From Torpedo marmorata (taxonomy: Eukaryota): DNA of 64,000 bases. The notes below the pieces were generated by a model. The model saw nothing but the letters and a program-made list of their open reading frames with translations. It had not been told where the DNA came from and did not search any database. The DNA is taken from contig OZ360242.1 in assembly GCA_977017645.1 (NCBI GenBank), positions 38,688,001 to 38,752,000 of the forward strand, read 5' to 3'. A program made the translations under genes and the position numbers. Shown here piece by piece: positions 35,267-47,123 of this stretch. The first letter of the stretch is position 1; the number at the start of each line of letters is the position of its first letter.

Positions 35267-36203
35267 TGTTATGGACCATGACTGACAGTTTGGACTGCGG
35301 ATGGTAAGCAGGAAGGATGAAGTCTTTTGGAGTATACCCTGGGACCTGGTACTGAAAGAGTTAACTTGCCCAGGACTTCCTGTATTTACCAGAGAGAGAC
35401 ATCAGGGGGAGACAAACTGTGAAAAGGATACTTGGTGAAAAACTTTGGAAGAAGTAGGCTGGAGAGAAAACTCTCTCTCTATTGTGAGGCCTAAAGTGAA
35501 AACTAAATCAGTGCCAGTTTTGGAGTTGCAAAGGCGGGAGAACTCAGTAGGATCCAGGCCTGTGCAACCCAGAGAAGAAGTGGGGAGAATAGCACAGAGT
35601 CTCTTGAATCAGAAAAGTCCAGGCTTGTGCATCCCAGGGAAAAGGCTGGGAGAAAAACAAGGCCTGATGATTCGGCAGAATCCTGAGTTGTGAGAACAGC
35701 TTTTGTGAGGAACCGGCTGTGAAATCCAAGTATACGCCTTAATCCAAAATGGATCTGAATTCGCAATCCTTATGAAAACACAAGAAGGGAACGTCATCAG
35801 AGAAGAAAAGCAAGCCAAGTATTCTTAAGCATAAACAGTCATTGTCTCTCTCCAACGTTCATTAAGAAGTCCTTCTTGCCAGCACACAGAGCTGAATTTG
35901 GAACCTGAACATAGAGTGTGAATTTTTGTGGACTGTATTATTTTTTTTGACTGACTTGTTTTTATGACTGACCTGGGTTTTTGGGGAAAGTTTTTCCATT
36001 TTTACATGAGGGTTGGGCACAGACTGTAATGGTCTGGGCTTTACACACACACACACCTTTTAGATAAGAATAGTGTTTATAGACGTTTATAGTGGGGTTA
36101 ATTGTTGTGAAATTATATGTTTAATTGTCTTTAATAAATATAAATTTCAATTTTACCACTTTTGCATTGCGTCTTCTGTCGTTGCTGGTTTGAATTTGTA
36201 ACA
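35267..36203 (+). repeat. 3' LTR of provirus 2
   Basis: Direct repeat of 24219-25151. Confidence 0.95.
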
Positions 36204-37072
36204 ACATAAATAAAAATTATAATTAAATTACAATTTAAATTAAAAATGGATTTAAAATTAAATTAAAGTTAGTTATTGTTTGTCTCCTGCCATAAATTTG
36301 AATGAGGATGTTCAAGCTACTAATTCAAGTTAGGTCTCAATCATTTGCATTGTTTGAATTTATGACCCTGGTTGAGGACTGTGCGATATCACATGCAATC
36401 TTCATATAAAATTCTATTATAATGTGGTCATTCTCCTAAAGACCCCTTAACATTAATTTTTTTCTTATTACATCATAGTAAATTTAATACAGCCATTTTA
36501 TTTTCTTGAACAAACTAATCCAAAAAATCATCTTGTATACATTCCATGAATTTGTTATCCACAAAATTAATGCTAATTTGGGTTGCCCTGGCTATGAGCA
36601 AATTAAAATAAACCTGATTATCTCAGTACATGTTCTTGAAATTTCCTGCTTTGTATTGTGCACAAAAATTACAGCCACTGTTTTGCGACATCGGCGTCAC
36701 ATTCAAAACAAAGATGTTGGTAAGGCAGTTGAGGTATTGTAGAGTCTGGTGTCTGGAATTTCCATTTTAAGATGAGCTTGCTACACATTTTTGCAGAAAT
36801 GTTTGGAAAGAATAGAAAATGCTGGAAAATGTAAACTGGATTTGGACTAGAGAGAACTTTGATAGAATGGCAGTGGAGATGCAGTTAAGTAGATTGCTAT
36901 TTATCAAGGAGACTTTGATAGATTAGGAAGAGCTCCAGTCATCATATACCATCTGTGCATCATTCTGAATTACTGCCAAGGTTCCTTGCATGCTGGTATT
37001 AGGATTCTCTAAACCCAATTCATCTGTTATCCAAAAATTAGGCATTTTTAGTTTAATCATTTTGCAATGCCG

Positions 37073-37752
37073 TTCAACTTGGTCTTGCCCTAAAGTAAGA
37101 CCTTTTTGGATAGACTTAAAAATCTTTTTAAAGCAGATTATCGGAACTAAATTTCCACAAGATCCAACGTTGTTTTTATTAGGAAATATTGAGGGGATAA
37201 GACCTAAATTGAAATTAAATATGTATCAAAAAGAATTTGTAAAAATCGCATTAGCAGTAGCAAAAAAATGTATAGCAGTAACTTGGAAATCAGACTCCCA
37301 TTTGGGTATGGAGCGGTGGAATACAGAAATGCGTAGTTGTATCCCACTTGAGAAGATTACCTGTAATTTAAGAAACAAATATGATGTATTTTTGAAAATT
37401 TGGCACCCATATTTACAAATTGTAGGAATAAATTTATAGATTTCTCCACCCCGAGTACCTCGTTAATCTCCTTGAGAGAATTAGGAAAAAAAACAACTAA
37501 TTAGAACCTTGTGGTAGGTAGCGACTTCTTAACATCCAGGTTACTTTATCTTTCTTCATACTTTTCTCTTTATTTCTTTTCCTTTCTTTTCTTCCTTCCT
37601 TTCTCGGGTCTTGGTTTGGGGGGAGGTGGGTCAGAATTTATACCATCATATATAAATAAAGTAATAATAATAATTCAATATTTTATTATGTATTTTACAG
37701 ATTATACATGTATGGATGAAAATTTCTTAAATAAAATATTCAAAAAAAAAAA
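37073..37752 (+). mobile_element. L1 3' fragment
   Basis: STWSCPKVRPFW...AVAKKCIAVTWKS...CIPLEKIT..LRNK..FLKIW.PY, followed by AATAAA and an A tail. Confidence 0.88.
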
Positions 37753-38388
37753 TTTTTTTTGCAAATCCAGCTCCTTCTCACCACTGACTAACAATAGCAA
37801 TGCAAACTTCAAACATAATTTTACCAGCATGGTAATTTTCATGCATTATTCTTTTCCATACCTGAAATGATAGCACCTGAATTATCTACTCTTTGGATTT
37901 AGTACTGCAATTAATTGCTTTGTAGCAGGCATGACAATTAATAGTCAAATCTAGACACTTATTTGTGTAAAATGATATGTGAACATTGGCCATTTTATGG
38001 ATCTACATTGTTTTCAAAATTCAGATGCTTTATTTATACCTTGTTCTTTTAAAGAAAGAGCAATATGATTGGCTGACAACCTGCTGAGGCTCTGGTGACC
38101 CAAACGTTTTGAAATCTATTTCAGGTACACGTGATATTGTGGTGCCTATTTTCTGCCATAACCTATCTTACTATATAAAATAGATGCTACCCAGGCAGCT
38201 AATAGTGCCATGAAAAGTGATTGTAACTCTCTTTGAAATAGATATGAGAACATCTGGGAGCAGCATTTTCTTTAGTTGTAAGATCCAATTGTTGATTTAA
38301 TAGATTTGGTCTTTTCAATGCTACTTCAATTGTTGAAGTACCTCATAATTGTTGTTGACAGCTGATTCAGAGAATATTACTTTTCCAT

Positions 38389-41095
38389 TGTGACATTCTC
38401 CCATTTTTTCAGATCATTTTATTTGTGTGGGACTGTCCCTTTAAGAGAACAGATTTAACAAACTTTGTAGGTTTTGGAAAGTGACTGTGAACTGGCAGCA
38501 GGCTTCGAAGACAGCATGTTTCTAACTTTGATACATTTGCAGAGTGAAGGGAAGAAGCCCTGGAGAAGCCAAGTGCAGAGACAACGTGACCAGCATATTG
38601 AAAAGACAGTGCATTGTTTGCTCAGGAGGCCATTTTTAAGAAGGCAGCACAAGAGTAAAGTGCTCTTTAACTCCTTTGTGGGAATGAGAAACCCACTTGG
38701 CCTCATTGTGCGGTCATAGAAAAACTGTCAGATTTCCTCCTGTTCATTATTGAGGAATGAGAAGACCACTTCGTGACCAAAGAGAGTGAAGGTCACTTTT
38801 GTTCGACTGACCCACGAAAAGGGTTCTACTTGCAGAAGAAATACTGCACTTTTGTTCGACTGACCCACGAAAAGGGTTCCACTTGCAGAAGAAATACTGC
38901 GCTTGGATGGTGACCAGAGTGAGAGTCACTTGAGTTCGGCTGACCCACAAAAAGGGTTCTGGAAGCTTCGTGAGCATCGCTTGCTTCGTATCCCCTACAC
39001 CAAAGAAGAGGGGAATTTTAGTTGGCACTCGTCTAAAAAGAACACTTAGTTGAAGCACCTCAACAAGGGTTTCGTGAGTTAATCAACGTTCTTTCACCCC
39101 CGGTCTCTTTCACCCACTTCATGAACTGCTAATTTCATCTAAAGCCTACGTGTCGCATCCATCTATGGCCTACGTGTCGCATCAATTTCAAGCCCACGTG
39201 TCATCACTGAATTTACGAAACTGAACTTTGAACTGCCTTTCGAGAATTGGGCCTTGAGCTGTAGTGGCTTGGGGTATTCCACACACACCAATATATAAGT
39301 GAAAATAAATTTAGTTAAATTTAGATAAGTGTAAATAAATTAGATGAGGTGTTATATCATTGTTAATTAATAATTAAAAATATTATTTTAAATATAACAC
39401 CATCTGGGCTAATTTTTATCGCTGCTGTCTGGTACGTAAAAAAATTGGGGGCTTTTCCGGGATCACCCAAAATTGGGAGCTGAGTGATCGATTAATTTTC
39501 AATTTGACTGATTAGAATTTTTTTGAGCCAAATTAAAGGCTTGTATGTGGAACGATAGCAGCGATGGACATTGATAAGTTTTTGGGATCGCCCACCTTTG
39601 CAAATTTGCAGGGGGCAAGAAAGAATGAGTTGTTGACTATCGCACAAAACTTGGAACTTGCAGTGGTAAAACAATCGATGAAAAAGGCAGTGATTCAGAA
39701 AATTATAGGGTGCTATTATGTAAGAGAAGGGAAGTTTGGAGAGGAGGTAAAACAATTTCTCCAGAGTGAATCCCGTGAGCAGCAATCACCAGAGGAACAA
39801 ATTGAATTAGAAAAACTTAGATTGGAGTTTGAGCTGAAAAAACGTAGGTTTGCAGGGGAGGAACCCAAAAGGCAAAGGAGATTTGAGGCTGAGGAAGCCG
39901 AGAGACAAAGGCAGCTAGAATTAGGAAAACTTAGAAGGGAGAAAGCCGAGATGCAAAGACTGAGGGAGGAAGAAATGGAAACTTGGCAAGAATCTGCTGA
40001 TATAGCGGATGAGTATGCTTTAAGCCACAGGAATAAGTTCATGCCAAGTGGAGCCTTCCAGAGAGTTGAATTTGAGCAAAGTGAAACCTTCCAGAGGGAT
40101 AATGTGGAATGTCCACGTAAGTTAGAAAACATATCGGGAAGTAGTGCTAGGGGTACAGATGAAGGAAAGCAAGAAAAGGAAAAACCTTTGGGTCCCCTGT
40201 GCTACTATTATAGGAAGCCTGGTCATGTGATAGCAAATTGTCCCATGTTAAGGAAAAAGAGAGACCATGTGACCAGCTTATTGAAAAGACAGTGCATCGT
40301 TTGCTCAGGAGGCCATTTTAAGAAGGCAGCACAAGAGTAAAGTGCTCTTCGACCTCATTTGTGGGAATGAGAAACCCACTTGGCCTCATAGTGTGGTTAT
40401 AGACAAACTGTCAGATTTCCTCCTGTTAATTATTGAGGAATCAGTAGACCACTTCGTGACCAAAAAGAGTGAAGGTCACTTTTGTTCGACTGACCCACGA
40501 AAAGGGTTCTACTTGCAGAAGAAATACTGCGCTTGGATGGTGACCAGAGTGAAAGTCACTTGGGTTTGGCTGACCCACGAAAAGGTTCTGGAAGCTTCGT
40601 GAGCATCACTTGCTTCATATCCCCTATGCCAAAGAAGAGGGGAATTTTAGTTGGCACTCGTCTAAAAAGAACACTTAGTTGAAGCACCTCAACAAGGGCT
40701 TTGTGAGTTAATCAACATTCTGTCACCCCCGGTCTCTTTCACCCACTTCATGAACTGCTAATTTCATCTAAAGCCTACGTGTCGCATTCATCTAAGGCCT
40801 GTGTGTCGCATCAATTTCAAGCCCACGTGTTATCACTGAATTTACGAAACTGAACTTTGAACTGCCTTTTGAGAATTGGGCATTGAGTTGTAGTGGCTTG
40901 GGGTATTCCACACACACCAATATATTCGCGCATATTTGGGGTTTAAGTTAGATATGTGTAGATAAATTTGGTTAAGTTTAGGTAAGTGTAAATAAATTAG
41001 ATGTGTTATATCATTGTTAATTAATAATTAAAAATATTATTTTAAATATAACACCATCTGGGCTAATTTTTATCGCTGCTGTCTGGTACGTAACA
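38389..41095 (+). mobile_element. Gypsy (Gmr1-like) provirus 3, a different LTR family, heavily deleted
   Basis: TG...CA ends with CCAT TSD (38385-38388 / 41096-41099). 5' LTR at 38389-39441, PBS at 39446-39463, gag remnant from 39564, partial 3' LTR at about 40259-41095. Confidence 0.9.
39564..40260 (+). pseudogene. gag: Internally deleted Gypsy gag
   Basis: MDIDKFLGSPT...ARKNELL.IA..LEL is homologous to the provirus 2 gag N-terminus. It jumps to TWQESADIADEYALSH and CYYYRKPGHVIANC, so the capsid/SCAN part is missing. Confidence 0.85.
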
Positions 41096-41719
41096 CCATT
41101 TTAATTGTTCCTCCCTGTGTGAAATTAAAGCCCACTCTTTGATCATATATTGAACAATGGAACATATTGGTATGACAGTACTTTTCTGAAAATCTTAAAA
41201 ACAATTCAGTTAGCCTCTCAGTTTTAATTACATGATTACCAATTTTGATATAACATACCTTTTCAAAGTAAAACCAAAATCACCACTGAGAAAAATATTA
41301 TATTGAAGAGAGCGCACATCATTTATTGTCTTCTCGTATTTTAAAAACGATCCAACTCCTCATTTCCATTCATGTAATTGAATCATAACTCCTCCTTCTT
41401 CAAACAATGACCCCCAACATAGCTTTCAATAATTGTAGTGATTTATAGCCATGGAATCCTGCGAGTTCACATTGCCTGACACCTCTTCCAATTCTCGGCG
41501 GCTTGTATCAGTCTCCCATCAAAATTGTGATTGGAACTGGGTGAAGCATTGAAAATATTGCTAATAGAAGAGGAATGCTTCAGTTGTTGTACAGTCTGAG
41601 ACTGCGGTGCAAAGGACAACAAAGGAGAGGAAACCCTAAAATTTAACAATAAGAACTTTCATGATCAATGTGTTCCCAACCTCAACCACAGAAACACACC
41701 CTTCTACCCATCAAGTTCA

Positions 41720-42900
41720 TGGTGACTCCTTTGTCCATCCACGCTAACCCCACTTGCCTGCACTGAGACCACATCCTTCTATGCCTTGCCTATTTAAGTG
41801 CCTGCTTAAATGTCTCTTAAATGCGTCATTGAATCTGATTCCACCATATCCTTCCCACAACACTTTGCAGATATCAACCACTTTCCATGTGAAAAAAACA
41901 TATCCCTCAGATCCACTTTAAAACTCCTTCCTCTCACCTTGAACTTGTGCCCTTTTAAAAAAAAATATTTTATTTAAAATTTTAAATCACAAAATACATA
42001 AAATAAAATATGAAATTATCAAAATATTTGTGATACATTTTCACCCCCCCCCACCCTCCCCACCCCAACCCTCCCAACCCCACTAATCTAATAAAAATAA
42101 AAAATATAAAATAAAAATAGAGAAAGGAAAAAAAAAAGAAAGAAAAAGATAGAGTAAGGAGAATGCCAATCTAAAAAACATACATCTATAAACTAATTCT
42201 ATTGTGGAGGTCAGGTATGCCAGTAGATCCGATACTCAGAGATCTTCAAATCCTTAAACCAACAACTTTCATATATGGGCTCCAAATTTTTAAGAAAAAA
42301 TGATATTTATTACGTAAATTATAAGTAATTTTTTCAAGTGGTATACACGAACGAAGTTCTGCATGCACCTTTCTAATCCTAAATCTAAATCAGATTTCCA
42401 AGTAATAGCAATACATTTCTTTGAAACAGCTAAAGCAATTCACAAAAATTCTATTTGATACATGTTTAATTTCATCTTAATACTATATTTTCTAATATCT
42501 CCAAACAAAAATATCATAGGATCCATTGGAAATGTAATCTTAAATACTTTATCTAAAATTTTTTTAACTTTCAACCAAAAATCATAAACTTTTGGACAAA
42601 ACCATGTAGAATGTACAAAAGAACCTTCTTCTTTATTACATCTAAAACATAAACCTGATAATGTCAGATTAAATTTCTTTAGTTTTTTAGGTGTTAAATA
42701 TAATTGATGAAAAAATTATATTGTACTAATCTATATCTAACATTAATAATCTTCGTCATACTTAATTTACATAATTCTTTCCAGTGATTCTCATCTATTG
42801 TTACATTAACTAGTGCCCTTTTTGACCCTCTAACCTGTTTGTGCCTCTCATTATCTTATATGTGTTCTATCAGGTCTGTCCAGCTGTGGAAAACCAAAGT
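41720..42900 (-). mobile_element. Decayed CR1 3' fragment interrupted by an L1
   Basis: The reverse complement of 41770-41955 resembles the CR1 ORF2 end and 3'UTR (compare 54380-54560) and resumes after 42808. Confidence 0.6.
41957..42807 (-). mobile_element. L1 3' fragment, same family as 57703-63544
   Basis: Near-identical to 57703-58550. TSD AACT(T/A)GTGCCCTTTT at 41942-41956 and 42808-42822. Confidence 0.92.
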
Positions 42901-43092
42901 TCCTGATAAAAAGAAAATTATAAATAATCAAAATATATTTTGTGAAAGACAGAATACCTTGAAAATATATTTTCACTGACTGGTGGTTATTTTAAATGAG
43001 GTGAATTGGCAGAAATAATAATCAAAACATTTCAATTACTGTTGTGAAAAAAGGAGATGAAAGGATGAAATATGATGAAAACTCAGTTGGAC

Positions 43093-43766
43093 TGTGTAAC
43101 ACGGAGGATTATCCCACAGGTCAGACAGGAAGCTGGTCAGGACAAAGGTCAGTTTTCATGTGCTTGCAATCTGAAGGGTCATCTGATCACCCAGACAGGA
43201 AGCAGGTCGAAAGTAACTTCCCTGTGTCAATCAATGTAAAGCCACCTTCCAATTGGTTCTCCTCCTCACCTAAAGTCACATGCGCCTACCTGGGCCAGCC
43301 CCCTAGCTGGCTGCAGTAGAAAACCCAGCAAATGGGCTAACTCACTCTCTTTTCTCTTTGGAACCATCTGTAAGCTCAACTCCAACTTGTGGGCCGTGAG
43401 CGACGCTCGAGGACTAGTTGTAAGGTGTGTGCTGGTGAAGGGTCGGGGCTATTTGTGGAAAGCACCCAGCAGAGACTATCATCTCTCGCCTGTTGTAACC
43501 TGTAGATAGATATATAACCTTGTTAATTACTATGTCGTGCCTGCTTGTCAGGAGAGGCAGGTACTGTTTATTTGAATCCTCAAAATAACATTGGTGCTGT
43601 TCAGACTTCAGATAACTTGTAACCGAGCATTACCAGCTTGCATGCGGGTGTGTGTGTGTCTCCAGTTGTGTTTTTTGGTTGCGTGTAAATCAAGTTCTCA
43701 GTTTAGTACTGACTCGTGTCCAGGATTGTCACTCTTTGAACCCTTCAAACTTGCTTTACCACCACA
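43093..43766 (+). mobile_element. Possible solo LTR
   Basis: About 670 bp with higher GC, bounded by TGT...ACA and LTR-like in texture. No TSD or second copy found. Confidence 0.3.
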
Positions 43767-43847
43767 GATGTGTGACAATTTTGGTGAGTTAATATGGATG
43801 TTTACCCAATTGCATCAGAAACAAGCATTGCAAGTAAAACATTACAT

Positions 43848-44154
43848 TATGGCTTGGTTTCGCGAACGAAGATCCAGGAAGGATCATAGACATGGGCGTG
43901 TCCTTCGAGCCTGCACAATGGATTTTTTAGGTGGAGTGCAGTGTGTGCAGTACTGGCCCCACCCTTTACACCCGGGGTTTATCTGCCATGGCCTAGCAAG
44001 CTAGGACGGTGACAGCCAGGTCCTCGGGTCGTAGGTGTTACGTCGGAGTGTCCTTCTCCTAGATGGATGGCCTGACGAGGCTAACGAGCCCCATCTGCCA
44101 GGGTTTGAAATCAGAGTTTTCCTTCTCTTAGGCTGGCTGCCAACCAAGGCTAAC
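43848..44154 (-). mobile_element. Short RTE-derived non-autonomous element
   Basis: The minus strand has an RTE 5'UTR-like GGCAGATGGGGCTCGTTAGCC...CATCTAGGAGAAGGA motif (partly duplicated) joined to an RTE-like 3' end ATCTTCGTTCGCGAAACCAAGCCA. Family assignment is from recall. Confidence 0.55.
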
Positions 44155-44315
44155 CATCACCATATAGCATGAGTCTGTCAAGGATAATTATGCAAATCAT
44201 ATAAATAGTAAAGATATACCTATTTTACTCATTTCACACAAAAAAATGTGACAAGTGACAGGTCAGATGGATTTTGAAATCTGAATAAAAATTTGAATAA
44301 AAAGATTCAAGATTC

Positions 44316-44333
44316 TCTTTCCAATATTTTTAT

Positions 44334-44373
<40 letters not shown>

Positions 44374-44702
44374 CTCATACATAGGTAACAACAAGAATAT
44401 ATATCTAACAAAGTAAATATATATTAACAAATGGCTGTAAACAACCTATGAAAGAGACAAAAAAAAAGAAAAAACCCTACTCAAATAATCTAACCCCTCC
44501 CTTGTGAAGTTATGATTAGACATATATGTTCCACTAATATATGAAAGAAAAAGCAACCAAACCATAAAATGGGATCCAATAATCTTATAAATTTTGATAA
44601 TAATTAAGGAAAGGACCCCATAAGTTTAGAAAATTAAGGTTCATTTCATTAGTACAGCATCTGATTTTTTCCAGAGTCAAGCATGCCATCACATCAGAAA
44701 AT
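44316..44702 (-). mobile_element. L1 3' fragment with a (TA)n microsatellite
   Basis: The minus strand reads SDVMACLTLEKIRCC...FLNLWGPFLNYYQNL* (compare 12630-12734). Flanked by TTCAAGATTC at 44306-44315 and 44703-44712. Confidence 0.8.
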
Positions 44703-45505
44703 TTCAAGATTCAATTTATTGTCATGTAATAAAAACTGTGTCATATTACATGAAATTGCTTTTGTCTGCTGTAAAGCAGACAGATTCGCCATCAGCAGAA
44801 ATTGCCTGAAGCGCCTCTTACAGTCAGAGAAAGTTCCTCCCCCGCCAGAGTCACAGAGTGTCCATGGATTTGCCTCCAGCACTCCCACAGCCACAGAGTC
44901 CAGTCCAAACCATCGGCAACCTGAGCTCCAGATTCGAACCTCCGATACCATTCATATTCATCAATGCCCTCGGCACTCTCTCGGTTCCGATACCTGGTAC
45001 CCTTTCGGCGAGTTTTGAGCCAGTCTCAGGCAGTCCGCAGCCTGGTGCGAGTCCCTTGACCGCAGTATCCAGCAGCCCGCAGCCTCTGTGGGTTCCTCGC
45101 CTCGAGTCACCAGCAGCCCGCTGCCTGTGTGGGTCCTTCAGCCGCAGAATCCCCTCACTGGTCCGCTGCCGTGGTCACCGTCCCATGGGTCATTTCCTCT
45201 GTTTCTCCTTCTCAGACAGGGAGTGGTCTCCCCATTTTCTCATGCCCTGTGCCAATCCTCCACTTCCCTGGAGTCTGCAACCCCTCGTGGATGCTGCCGA
45301 TCATAGGCACCACCATCTTGGGTCCAGACCCCGTGGTCGCAGGATTTTAAATAAAACTACCGTTGGCTCCTTTATCGGGCTGTTCAAAGCCTGTACGGAG
45401 CTGACGGCAGTTGAACTGAGTGATTGGACCCCGTGGGAGTGCTGTGTCTCCACTCCCTGCTCTCCGTGGGTTCGCACCAGCGCTGCCGTTACAGCAGCAC
45501 CACCA
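44703..45505 (-). mobile_element. Non-coding, non-autonomous retroposon (copy 2)
   Basis: Collinear with 491-1305. Confidence 0.8.
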
Positions 45506-47123
45506 TATTTTTTCAGCTTACTTATTAGCTTGTTTAATTTTTCATATTATTTCCTGGCACTTGCAATGCTTCACCTCATCTTAATTTTAATTTGGTGAAG
45601 CCTGGTTGCAGCTTAAAATTTGAATCATGAAGATGAATCTGGCAATGTATGTTGAGTATGTATGTTTTGTACCTCCTTTGAAATGCATTTAGTTTTCTTT
45701 GACTACATACGGTAGTGAAATTTCATGGCGATTCTGTTGGTCACATCATATAAAAATTGGAGCAACCTTATGAAATTGCTGTGAACATCTTTCAGTCATT
45801 TCCCCAGGGAATTTTGCTGGTTCTTGCAATGAGACACAAGTGGAAATTCATTTATTTTAATAACCGTGAGAATACGGTTATACAAATATCGGAAATGTTA
45901 TGTACATCAGTACTAATGTATTCAATGAAGTTAAGATGACAGTAAACGTGACTAATGTTCCTGGATGGATAGATAGTGAAAGGAGGCTTTTCAGAACATC
46001 ATGCCACTCCTAGTTCTTTGAAAGCCATATCCCATTACTCCCACTCCATTGGTCTTTCCCAATAGCCCTTGTTGCAGTATCTGCAGGAAATGCGGCTGAC
46101 TGCACATACTATAACAGGCCTGGATGACTGTACAGTAGAGACAATTTGTGGCACACAATATCAAAGTATAACTTCCTAGCATGATATGAGAAATCCCAAT
46201 GCCCTATGAATGTATGATCTGTGAGAACAGCGGGAGAGGAGAGAGAACAGGAGTAAGACACACATCTCTTTTCTCTGACGTGCTTGTTCACAGAACTAAA
46301 ATGAGCTCCAAATGCCTCAGAAGGATTTAGATATCCTACGACAGGCAGATGCGATTATTGGAACAACACATTAGAAACACTCTTCCAAACAAACAAATGC
46401 CTGAAATTGAAAATCCCCACTGTTGTCTAAAGGACACATTTGTTTACGCATAGCATTTCAGATCAATATGCATTTAATAATTTCAATGAATAGATTCGGG
46501 GGAGAGGTTTTAAGGCTTGTATTTTCTTATTTGAAGTGTAACATCACTGCGAATAGGTAATTCCATTCATATAAGTTTCCCACCTGCAACTTCACTAAAG
46601 TGAAAAATGTAACCAATGTAATGTCTGAGATTGCATGTGGCCACCTGGAATGTAATTCAGAATTATGATTTTGTAACTTACCGAAACTTTATTAAACTGC
46701 AGGTAAATGTACTAGGCAGGAATGGGGGAAGAGGTCTAAACTGTTTGTGCAGTCCAGCAATTATAATTTCCTCTGGTTGTGGTATTTTACTTAAAAGTTA
46801 AATCTCCCAGGTTCTGCAGTCAGGAAACTTGTCTCTTTGGATTGCCAGCATATTAACCCCTGGAATAGTTCTGGGTATATGTAGTCTTTAGCTCCGAACA
46901 TGGAGAGATAGGTAGGGTATCATAGTTATTACATTAGATTATTGTAATCTCTCAAACTCAAGTAGAGCAATTTCACCATTGAATGAGGATTCCTGCACTT
47001 GTGCTATTAATTAAAATCTATAGTCAGAATTTCTCATGGCCCATGGTAATTCAATCAGCGACCCGTTCCAAACATAAATAGACAGGGAGGGCACTAGTGC
47101 TACACTTTGCAATTTATTTTTAC

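Larger units (their letters stand above)
24219..36203 (+). mobile_element. Gmr1-like Gypsy LTR retrotransposon, provirus 2 (RT deleted, BEL nested in gag)
   Basis: LTRs at 24219-25151 and 35267-36203, ACAT TSD (24215-24218 / 36204-36207), Pro-like PBS, order gag(SCAN-like)-PR-INT-RNaseH. Confidence 0.95.

Noticed and set aside
24219-36203. Inner BEL LTRs look slightly more diverged (about 3%) than the host Gypsy LTRs (about 2%), suggesting the nested pair transposed as a unit
   Set aside because: Counts are by eye and small, and a good share of the BEL differences are CpG transitions. The difference is not convincing without a search for other copies of the junction.
44068-44112. Hammerhead-like CTGACGA followed by a GGCT-AACG-AGCC stem
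   Set aside because: The stem is followed by CCAT rather than GAAA, so the catalytic core is incomplete, and it is antisense to the inferred element.
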